A stretch of 64,000 nucleotides of DNA from Patescibacteria group bacterium. GTDB taxonomy: Bacteria > Patescibacteriota > Patescibacteriia > UBA10025 > JAHIVO01. The translations under genes and the position numbers were made by a program. Of the stretch, positions 56,331 to 64,000 are shown piece after piece. The DNA lies in assembly GCA_028718605.1 (NCBI GenBank), contig JAQULM010000001.1, positions 94,693-158,692 on the forward strand, written 5' to 3'. The notes beneath the pieces are model-generated. The model was given only the letters and a program-made list of their open reading frames with translations, had not been told where the DNA came from and did no database searches. How positions within the stretch are numbered: the first letter of the stretch is position 1; every line of letters begins with the position of its first letter.

Positions 56331-57761
56331 TTACCGCTGGGTCCCAGTAATCCTCCCGATCGCCTGCTCGTACAAAATCGCATTCCCAATCGCGCTGGTC
56401 ATTTGCGGCTGGAGGCGCGTTAAATAACTGACATTGTCGGCAGTGAACGCCTCGCCGCCTTTTTTCTCGCCGAACAAAAACACGCCGAGCAGGTTATCCC
56501 GCTCACCGATCGGCAACGCCATTGCCACCTTCATTGAATTGAGTCTGTCACCAACCTTGCGTAGCACTTCACGTTGGCCGTTGACCTGCTCCTCGATCAG
56601 ATACGGAATTTCTTCCGTAATCAATAACCGCGGGTTAGCGCGCAGATACTGGATGAGCACGTCATCCTGTGCGATTCGATTCGCGCCACCATGTCCTTTT
56701 TCAAAAACGCCGGTACTGGCATTCATCACAAAGAAGTCGATTGTGCCAACGCTGAAAAAATCGCCGAACCGCGACCGTATTGTATTGACCAGGCGGTCGA
56801 GCTGGAATCCTGAAGATAAGGCATTCCGCATTTCCCTGATCTCATCCTTCACGTCAGGCCGGTTTGAATAAAACACTTTGTCGACAGCTTTCAATATCAA
56901 TCGGCGAAGCGGCTCGATCGTTAGAACGATGGCAAACACAAGTAACAGCGTTGTTGTCTGGTCTGACCAGCCGAATTGCTTGACAAAATACCTTTGCGAA
57001 AAAATCAGTATATAAAAATATAAGAATAAAATGAGCGCAATTGAAATAAAGTTCGAGACGCCTTTTCGAATAACTAGATTGATGTCCATGAGGCGATACT
57101 TCAGTATTGAGTAAGCAAATGACACTGAAATGAAAATTGTACCAAGGGGGCCCCAAAAATTGGGATGGTTTTTATCGATAATCGGCATCACTAAATCGGC
57201 GATAAAACCGATTACTATTGCGGGCCCAAACCCAAAAACGATGTATTTTAACTTTGCGCGGTCAATCGAAATGCTCTTACGGTATTTTCTAATCAACAAC
57301 AGATAGGCAAATGAAACATACACTAAAGTATACATTGCAAAAACACTTTGGTAATCGCCATATACGGGAATTGAATATTCTTTTCCAACTATTATTTGGT
57401 CTTTGGCGAAATAGGGGCCAAGCGATGAAATTGTAATCACAAGAGATGGAACTAACAGCACGAGTAATTGCCATAATTTGAATTTGCTTTTCGTCGGAAA
57501 AAGTAGAACAAAAATTATAAAAGTAGGCGCAATTAAGGCGCCAAACATAAATGCCATTCTCCCACACAATAATGCGAAATTTTGACTGGTATTAACCAGG
57601 TAGCTGAGATAATTGGTAATTAACCATCCATTCAGCACCATTACCAACAGAAAAAACGTCCACTTGATTGCTCTTTGCTTGGCCTTGAACAATACGATAA
57701 AAGCAACTCCAAAATTAACAATTGCTACTATCCACTCAAAAACTTTCAATACTTCAATCAT
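56331..57761 (-). CDS. 7TM-GAF sensor lacking a kinase domain
   Basis: YSILKYRLMDI; GEKKGGEAFTADN; ends after NAILYEQ helix. Confidence 0.85.
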   Translation of the reverse strand: MIEVLKVFEWIVAIVNFGVAFIVLFKAKQRAIKWTFFLLVMVLNGWLITNYLSYLVNTSQNFALLCGRMAFMFGALIAPTFIIFVLLFPTKSKFKLWQLLVLLVPSLVITISSLGPYFAKDQIIVGKEYSIPVYGDYQSVFAMYTLVYVSFAYLLLIRKYRKSISIDRAKLKYIVFGFGPAIVIGFIADLVMPIIDKNHPNFWGPLGTIFISVSFAYSILKYRLMDINLVIRKGVSNFISIALILFLYFYILIFSQRYFVKQFGWSDQTTTLLLVFAIVLTIEPLRRLILKAVDKVFYSNRPDVKDEIREMRNALSSGFQLDRLVNTIRSRFGDFFSVGTIDFFVMNASTGVFEKGHGGANRIAQDDVLIQYLRANPRLLITEEIPYLIEEQVNGQREVLRKVGDRLNSMKVAMALPIGERDNLLGVFLFGEKKGGEAFTADNVSYLTRLQPQMTSAIGNAILYEQAIGRITGTQR

Positions 57762-57762
57762 A

Positions 57763-58353
57763 TTATTTTCCCTTAAACCCCTCGTCTTTTTCCATTATTT
57801 CCTCTAAAAACTTCCGTAAGAAATCGGCTTTAGTCAATTTCCGCTGCTTGGCTTTGGCAGTCAAGTACCGCTCCATGCGCGGAGTGATGCGGAGGGTAAA
57901 CTTGATCGTCGGCTTTTGGCTGAATCCCTTGCCAGAACTGACCTGTTCGATGAAATCTATGACTACCTGCGCGAGCTCTTTCGCCGAATACTGGACGATG
58001 TGGATGTATTCGGGCGTATTTTTCTTGGTCAGGTACCCATGCGCGATCTTTTCCGGGGTGCCCTTCCGCACCAGGTACAGGAGCGGCTTGCGCAGGGAGA
58101 TCGCGTACGCGAGCAAATAGCCGATCTCTTGGTCCTGCTGCGACCCTTCGATCACGATGCAGTCCATCTTGTCGAGCAGCGTCTCCCCTGTTTCATTGAG
58201 CCGCTCGAGCTCCTCTTTCTTGAAATCGTTGTTGTTCTCGTTGTTGGACGCGACGACGAAAATCCCGGCATTGCGCAGCGTCTCTGCAATCAATTTATAG
58301 TTTTGATTGAGCTCAGCCGGGGCTATGAGCGGAGTGAAGAGATAGAGGCGCAT
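57763..58353 (-). CDS. NDT-like domain fused to ribbon-helix-helix DNA-binding domain
   Basis: MDCIVIEGS..EIGYLLAYA..KPLLYL; C-terminal IKFTLRITPRMERYL..KADFLR. Confidence 0.7.
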   Translation of the reverse strand: MRLYLFTPLIAPAELNQNYKLIAETLRNAGIFVVASNNENNNDFKKEELERLNETGETLLDKMDCIVIEGSQQDQEIGYLLAYAISLRKPLLYLVRKGTPEKIAHGYLTKKNTPEYIHIVQYSAKELAQVVIDFIEQVSSGKGFSQKPTIKFTLRITPRMERYLTAKAKQRKLTKADFLRKFLEEIMEKDEGFKGK

Positions 58354-58423
58354 TGTTAGTTAAGTAGTAGGGAGTAAGTTATAAGAAATTAGTAAGGAGA
58401 TATGAAGTAGGTTCGCAGATTAA

Positions 58424-58958
58424 TATCCAATTCTCAAATATCCAATATCCAGTGAATGTTCAATGTCTGAATTTCCAATGCCCAATGAGAGATAAATTGA
58501 TGAGATATTAATAGCTTCGCTTGTTAGTTGAGTTTACGATTGCATTGAAGATAAGCGTAAGCTCGGTTGCTTCTCGTTTGAGAGGATCGACTGCAGTCTT
58601 GAGACTCGGCACCGCTTCATCGAGCATGATAAGCCAGTGCCTCGACTCCTTTGATTCTTTCCGGCAGATGCTGATCTTGTGCTTGAAGTCTTTCCGTGAC
58701 TCAGCGTTATCAGCCTCGCAGTAATTTGCGCCAACACTCGTTGCCGCCCGAATGACTTGCGTGATCAGTGGTCTGGTTACCGGTGTCTCTGAAATACGTT
58801 TCGCCAACCCAATAACCGAGCGGCCAAACGTCGCTGTCCGTTCTTCTAGATCAAATTTCTTATTTGATAATTGGGAATTGTTCATTGGAGCTTAATTGGT
58901 AATTGGATATTGGCCATTGGGATTTCATTGGAAATTGATAATTGGTTATTGGATATTT
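58424..58958. mobile_element. four-helix-bundle gene flanked by inverted short-period repeats
   Basis: CCAAT/TCAAT-rich left flank and ATTGG-rich right flank. Confidence 0.55.
58508..58885 (-). CDS. four helix bundle protein (23S rRNA IVS protein / TIGR02436-like)
   Basis: DLEERT, QVIRAATSVGANYCEA..ESRKDFKHK..KESKESRHWL. Confidence 0.92.
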   Translation of the reverse strand: MNNSQLSNKKFDLEERTATFGRSVIGLAKRISETPVTRPLITQVIRAATSVGANYCEADNAESRKDFKHKISICRKESKESRHWLIMLDEAVPSLKTAVDPLKREATELTLIFNAIVNSTNKRSY

Positions 58959-58960
58959 CC

Positions 58961-59956
58961 TTACACATACTCTTCCCACATCATTAATCTGATTTTGCCG
59001 ACATCCCGCGTCTGCCCCAGTACCCACATGAATTTCACGAACGTTGTTTCGAACGTCTTGTCATTGATTACAATATACTCGCGCTTCTTCTTCTTGACGT
59101 CCAGCGCAAACGGGTTGTGCGCGAGAATCGGAACTTTTTTGCGATATGCCCGTTCGAGTACGGGCTTGAAGGTATCGGGAAACAAGTTGGTATTGAAACT
59201 GCGCACGACGATGCCGCGGTATCCCTTCTTGAGCAAGGCATCCAGGAGCTCCGGTCCGGCACCCGGGACGAGCTGCAGCAGTCCAACGTTCGATTCGATT
59301 GTGTCGAGCAGCCGCGGCTTGGCGCGGGAGCGGCGCGTCGCCGTTGCGAGGAGCTTGATACCAAAATCCACGGTCCCGAGGAGCCCGTCGCGGTGCGCAT
59401 CGAAGAAATTGAATGACGCGGCATCGCTCTTCACCGCGCGGGTGCCCTGCAGCAGGCGGTTGCCGAACATGATCGCGACTTCCGCGATGTCCATGGACGC
59501 GACCTGCACGGCGTTAATCAGGTTTGCCTTGATGCCCAAGTTCCGGTAGTTGGAAATCAGCCCGGACAAATCCTGCTTGTCGCTCTCGGTCACCTCGGCT
59601 GACAGCGGCGACCCGGTAACGATGATCGGCTTGCCCAACGGCTGCAGCATGAACGACAGCGCCGCACTCGTGTACAGCATCGTGTCGACGCCGTGGAGCA
59701 CGACAAAACCGTCGTACCGGGGCATCCTGCTGTGGATTTCCCGGGCAAGGCGTATCCACAGGTTTGGCTCGATTTCCGACGCGTCGCCGCCAAAAACGAA
59801 TACGGGATCGACGTCCGCGATCAGCTGGAGCTCGGGGATGGCGTCCATCCAAGGCTTCAGGTCAGCGCTCGACATCACGGACACGACGCGGTCGTCGGAT
59901 ACCATCGCGGATCCGCCGCAAAACAAGAGGCAAATTGTAGGTTTAGCGTGAAGCAT
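58961..59956 (-). CDS. asparaginase-family protein with degenerate active site
   Basis: CGGSA (vs TGGTI), DGFVVLHGVDTM (vs HGTDT), KPIIVTGS. Confidence 0.85.
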   Translation of the reverse strand: MLHAKPTICLLFCGGSAMVSDDRVVSVMSSADLKPWMDAIPELQLIADVDPVFVFGGDASEIEPNLWIRLAREIHSRMPRYDGFVVLHGVDTMLYTSAALSFMLQPLGKPIIVTGSPLSAEVTESDKQDLSGLISNYRNLGIKANLINAVQVASMDIAEVAIMFGNRLLQGTRAVKSDAASFNFFDAHRDGLLGTVDFGIKLLATATRRSRAKPRLLDTIESNVGLLQLVPGAGPELLDALLKKGYRGIVVRSFNTNLFPDTFKPVLERAYRKKVPILAHNPFALDVKKKKREYIVINDKTFETTFVKFMWVLGQTRDVGKIRLMMWEEYV

Positions 59957-60002
59957 GTATCGCTTTAATCTTCATTCTATTGTTTTTTAGCTAACTAATG
60001 CT

Positions 60003-60415
60003 TGTCACTCTGACCTGCTGGACGTTTAGAGATCGCCGCGCTTCGCTCGCGATGACAGAAAAAGTATGTCTTTGCGACCGGAGCGAAGCAATCAAGTTCA
60101 GATTCCGGGTCAAGCCCGGAATGACCAGGGTTTATTATTTTGTCATCCTGAACTTGATTCGGCGTCGAGCCATCTCACCCTCTGTCACTCTGACCCGCCA
60201 TTGGGTGGGGAAGAGTCCCCTGGCCGGAGGCCAGGAGATGCTTTGCATGCAGTGGCGTCATGGGGTCTCTCGTTACACATGAAGGAGGCGGTGACCAACC
60301 CAGTTTGTCACCCTGAACGCAGTGAAGGGTCCCCTGGCCGATTGTCCAGAGATCGCCGCGCTTCGCTCGCGATGACAGAAAAAGTATGTCTTTGCGAGCG
60401 CAGCGAAGCAATCTC
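60003..60415. repeat. REP/RPE-like palindrome cluster
   Basis: Direct repeat AGAGATCGCCGCGCTTCGCTCGCGATGACAGAAAAAGTATGTCTTTGCGA at 60028 and 60348; ATTCCGGGTCAAGCCCGGAATGAC; GTCA..CTGA units. Confidence 0.8.
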
Positions 60416-60713
60416 ATGAGTACCAATTATACGCAAGGTCTTTCCACTGTCTATTATTCTTTTCAATCAGCTGTATCTTCTTTTGCCTTGAACCAGCCTT
60501 GATCTGTTTCTCCCGTGCAATTGCATCCATCGGATTGTCGAACACTTCGTAATAAACTAACTTGTTAACGTTATACTTACTTGTAAATCCTTTGACTATT
60601 TTCGTTTTGTGCTGGTACACACGCCCTTCTAAACTACCAGTAACGCCAGTATAAAGGACTCTATTGAACTTATTCGTCATAATATACATGCAGTACTGCC
60701 GTTCCTGCCGCAT
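60414..60713 (-). CDS. GIY-YIG nuclease family protein
   Basis: YCMYIMTN..LYTGVT..R..QH..FTSKY..LVYYE..AIAREKQIK. Confidence 0.93.
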   Translation of the reverse strand: MRQERQYCMYIMTNKFNRVLYTGVTGSLEGRVYQHKTKIVKGFTSKYNVNKLVYYEVFDNPMDAIAREKQIKAGSRQKKIQLIEKNNRQWKDLAYNWYS

Positions 60714-60729
60714 AGTATCATTCCATTCG

Positions 60730-62169
60730 TCATGAGGATGCCTCGCCGTGCATCTGTAATCGTATCCGCTCCATCGCATCGCGGTACTGGAGGGCGTTCG
60801 CGAGCGGCGCAGTAACCTGGTCGCGCACGTGCTCAAGGTACTGCACATCCTGCACCGTATACGCATCGGATCCCGTGCGGTCGCCAACGGCGATAATCCC
60901 GATTACTTCGTCCTCGGTTCGCAGCGGCACGTACGCGGTAATATGCCGCTTTTTCATGTCATGCTCAGCCCGTTGTAGGTTGCCATTGCCCTTCCCCTCC
61001 TCGATCAGGTGGGGAATTTCGTCGCGGATGATCACGTCCGGCTTTACAAGCGCCAACCGGGCTAAATCGCTCGAGTCCTCGTGCAATTCTTCGCGCTGCA
61101 TGGCGTCCGGGCTATGCACAAAACACCCCTTGGTTCGTTCGAGGAGGAATATTTTTACGGCGTTTGCGTTCAGGTAGCCCTGAATGTTTTTTGCAACGGC
61201 GTCCGCAAGCTCCTGCGCGTCAGTCTTTTTTGCCACAGCGTCGCGCACCTCTTGAACGGCGAGGTCAATGCTCTGCCTGCCCTTGAACGTTGTGTCAACA
61301 ATTTTTTCAACGAGCCTCTTCAATGGCGGAAACCCTAACGCAACGAGTGCAATGAGGATTATTGCCGTCCACGTCGTATTAATATTCCACGATTGTTCAA
61401 TAGTTGACTTTAAAGCGAGAGCGAGATACGTATAAATTGCGAGAACAAGTATCAATGAAATTCCATAAATAACTCCACGGCGAACTATTACCCTAATATC
61501 CATAAATCGGTATTTGATCATGGCATATGAAGTTGCTGCAGCATATACAATACAAGCAATATAAGCAATCGAAAATAACGTTGAGTTTGAACGATTAATC
61601 GCAAATTCAAAACTTAAAACTAACCCAATGGTGATTGCTACTAGTAAGCCGAGGATAATATATTGTAACTGAATGTGTGCGACTCCTTGAGAATGTTTAT
61701 ATTTTGTAATTAAATTATAAAAGGTGATTGGAAAAAAATAAATTGCGATCGTTAGAAAATAAATTATAAAAAGTAATATATTGTAAACTAAACCAGAATT
61801 TTGATAATAAAATATTTTTCCAAAAATCGTTAAAAGAATTACTGATCCAATAGGAATGAACAGTAATAGCTCCGATTTTATCGTCAACCTTTTGTTCTCG
61901 GTAGGAAAATGAATTGCAAACAGCGATAAAAAATAGGCGATTAACGATGCAAATATGAAATCTAGTTTTGATAGAAATATATTTATTGAGGGAATATTCC
62001 TCAATGAACTTGTTTCAAACGTCCCGATTATTACCCAAAAAGCCCCCATTACAAGAAACCAAATATATCTATTAAATGCTTTGGTTTTCTTGCGCTTGAT
62101 AATAGCTTCAATAGCAATTAATGTTACAAAAACTGCACTGATCCCACAAAGAATTACTAAAATATCCAT
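60730..62169 (-). CDS. 7TM-GAF sensor lacking a kinase domain
   Basis: YAMIKYRFMDI; GDRTGSDAYTVQD; ends after NALQYRD helix. Confidence 0.85.
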   Translation of the reverse strand: MDILVILCGISAVFVTLIAIEAIIKRKKTKAFNRYIWFLVMGAFWVIIGTFETSSLRNIPSINIFLSKLDFIFASLIAYFLSLFAIHFPTENKRLTIKSELLLFIPIGSVILLTIFGKIFYYQNSGLVYNILLFIIYFLTIAIYFFPITFYNLITKYKHSQGVAHIQLQYIILGLLVAITIGLVLSFEFAINRSNSTLFSIAYIACIVYAAATSYAMIKYRFMDIRVIVRRGVIYGISLILVLAIYTYLALALKSTIEQSWNINTTWTAIILIALVALGFPPLKRLVEKIVDTTFKGRQSIDLAVQEVRDAVAKKTDAQELADAVAKNIQGYLNANAVKIFLLERTKGCFVHSPDAMQREELHEDSSDLARLALVKPDVIIRDEIPHLIEEGKGNGNLQRAEHDMKKRHITAYVPLRTEDEVIGIIAVGDRTGSDAYTVQDVQYLEHVRDQVTAPLANALQYRDAMERIRLQMHGEASS

Positions 62170-62266
62170 AATATTCTCCTTTCTTTGCGCCGTCGCAATA
62201 ATTAGCGCCGTCGCTTTTAACCTACCACTCCCCCTTTTCCCGTCAAGTTAGATATAAACAAACGCC

Positions 62267-62275
62267 TGTGGATAA
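62267..62275. promoter_or_regulatory. DnaA-box-like site
   Basis: TGTGGATAA upstream of the sensor gene. Confidence 0.35.
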
Positions 62276-62566
62276 GTTCATTTACCGTATAATGCATGGA
62301 GCGTACAATTACCGTAGTACATATAACATAGATATAGACTTCTTTCTCTTCAACGCCCATTGCGTGGGATTAACACACGCTCAAATCGCGCTTTTGTCTC
62401 ACGGATGAGCAAATCCACGCCACCTATCGTCCAAATTCGTGGCTGGTACCCAGGTGCGCCAGCACCAATCATTGCCCTCCCCAGGTTCACCCCGGACTTG
62501 TGGAGGGCGTATTTTACCAAACCAAAACACGCCGCCGTGCCTGTCGCAGGCAGTTTTTGAATTGTC

Positions 62567-63211
62567 CTAACGGACCTGCTCGGGATTTTCGCCGCTGGCC
62601 TTCACGATCCTCCACTGCTCGATGCGCCGCACGGCGAACATAAGAATGAGTACGACAACAATCGCGCCGATCATGTTCCACATCATGTCATCCGCCGTGT
62701 CAATGCCGTCGCCGAGCCGCTTGCCGACAACCCCCCTGATTTTATCCTCAATATATTCTTCCATCTCGTAGCACGTGCCGAGCGCCATGGTCATAATGAC
62801 CGCGATAAAGCCAGTGAGCTTCTTGCCGATGCCGAGCTTGCCCGCCTGCCGCAAATGCCAAAACAAGTAAAATGCCAGGAGCGCCGTCATACCGCCGCCG
62901 AACGCGTGCGCCATCTGGTCGTACCACATGTACTTCGAATACCAGTGTGCCACGTCACCCATCGCGTCAACCGATACCGACAGGAATGCGCCGAGGAACA
63001 CGAACCAGGGAAACGGCTCGCCCGTCGCCTTCCTGACGCGGTTCGAGATTACTTCAACTGCCAGCCATACGCTCCCCGACGTGACGATGAGCCCGCTCCA
63101 GGTGAAATCGAGCGAGAAGTGCAGCACTTCGATCCAGTTCAGGAATTCAAAAACGATCCACGCCGAGAAAGCGAGGCGTACGATAGTGGTGATAAGTGCG
63201 TTGCGTTTCAT
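62567..63211 (-). CDS. membrane protein, DUF2238/VanZ-like
   Basis: WYDQMAH, YEMEEY, DTADDMMWN; start re-called MKRNAL. Confidence 0.75.
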   Translation of the reverse strand: MKRNALITTIVRLAFSAWIVFEFLNWIEVLHFSLDFTWSGLIVTSGSVWLAVEVISNRVRKATGEPFPWFVFLGAFLSVSVDAMGDVAHWYSKYMWYDQMAHAFGGGMTALLAFYLFWHLRQAGKLGIGKKLTGFIAVIMTMALGTCYEMEEYIEDKIRGVVGKRLGDGIDTADDMMWNMIGAIVVVLILMFAVRRIEQWRIVKASGENPEQVR

Positions 63212-63404
63212 ACGCATATCGTACTGTACCCGCGCCGTGCCTGTCAACGCCGCTTCTCGTTTTTGTCTCTGTGAATAAACCGGCTTGACGGAGCTCACGC
63301 GTACGCTATACTTTCCGTTGGAACGACCACCGACCCACGATGGTTGTTCCGCTTTTATATTAATAACAAACCCCGCTGCCTTGGCAATAAACAACGGGGT
63401 TATA

Positions 63405-64000
63405 CTAAGTGGTACGCACCTGCACTTCATGGAGCAGGCGCACAGTCTGCTCAACGATCGGCCTGCCGATACTGCTCGCTTTTTTCGCGTGGATGTTCAG
63501 CGAGTAGCCCTGCCGGCTGCGGGTGAACTTAAAGAGAAGGACGATTTTGTGGGTACGGAGCCATTGGAACGCTTTGTCGAACTGTTCCTGGTCGAAGAAC
63601 ACGATTTTGTGGGCGACATCGCGCTGGATATTCTCGAGATAGGTATACGAGTTGAGGATATACGGAATGCCACCCAGCGGACTGCCCAACGCAAGGAGTA
63701 TCCAGGTGACGTGGCCAACATCAATGGGATGGGGAATGTAACCCCGAATACGCCCTGCGAGCTGCTGGAACAGCTCATCCTCGGACATGATTACCTCTTG
63801 GTCCATAGCGCCTGCTGTCACGGGCTGGCGAGGTGTTGCAGGAGAATCAGGCTGCCCCAGAGCTTCATGCAGCCCAAGCGCCTTTTCCAAGTAATAAATG
63901 CGCGTACTCAGGCGTGACTTCATCCCCTCCGCGAGCTTGATCCACTCTGTTTGCGCGGCAGTACGTTTGGAATCAGGAATCGCATGAATACGATCCCAGA
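63405..64000 (-). CDS. hypothetical protein (5' end outside window)
   Basis: Frame stays open upstream of 63923 (WDRIHAIPDSKR...EGMKSRL). Confidence 0.6.
   Translation of the reverse strand, partial: WDRIHAIPDSKRTAAQTEWIKLAEGMKSRLSTRIYYLEKALGLHEALGQPDSPATPRQPVTAGAMDQEVIMSEDELFQQLAGRIRGYIPHPIDVGHVTWILLALGSPLGGIPYILNSYTYLENIQRDVAHKIVFFDQEQFDKAFQWLRTHKIVLLFKFTRSRQGYSLNIHAKKASSIGRPIVEQTVRLLHEVQVRTT

Noticed and set aside
58508-58885. Diversity-generating retroelement (Avd-like fold)
   Set aside because: No reverse transcriptase and no TR/VR pair; differences in the 39-41 kb repeats are mostly synonymous and not confined to adenines
60003-60415. CRISPR array
   Set aside because: Units are heterogeneous palindromes without regular repeat-spacer periodicity; no cas genes in window
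62360-62560. 66-aa + strand ORF
   Set aside because: TTG start, no motif or SD; cannot be supported

Overview
Bacterial window with the gene content and style of a Patescibacteria (CPR; probably ABY1/Parcubacteria, inferred) chromosome, mostly minus strand. In order: lepA (partial) and murJ; a 2.4-7.3 kb accessory island of envelope-type genes interleaved with structured RNA-like elements that share the 10-mer GAGGAGAGAG/CTCTCTCCTC; an exopolysaccharide cluster; RNase P RNA; rnhA and recJ; a nucleotide hydrolase/salvage cluster; ABC transporter and dus; three atypical tRNAs (tRNA-Phe has a 30-nt insert in its anticodon); a fermentation block (PfkB, 2-oxoacid:ferredoxin oxidoreductase, ADP-forming acyl-CoA ligase, two gpmI, eno, pgk) joined to a group 3b-like [NiFe]-hydrogenase operon containing a hypA::large-subunit chimeric duplication; a CHAP amidase with a T9SS-type C-terminal domain; and a signalling region with an N-acyl amino acid synthase-like gene, a ThiF enzyme, one 7TM-GAF-GAF histidine kinase and two kinase-less 7TM-GAF paralogues. 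Best candidates for new biology: the AT-rich synthase+sensor cassette, the complementary-motif RNA network, the interrupted tRNA-Phe and the hydrogenase variable slot. All calls come from reading the sequence by eye; no searches were run.
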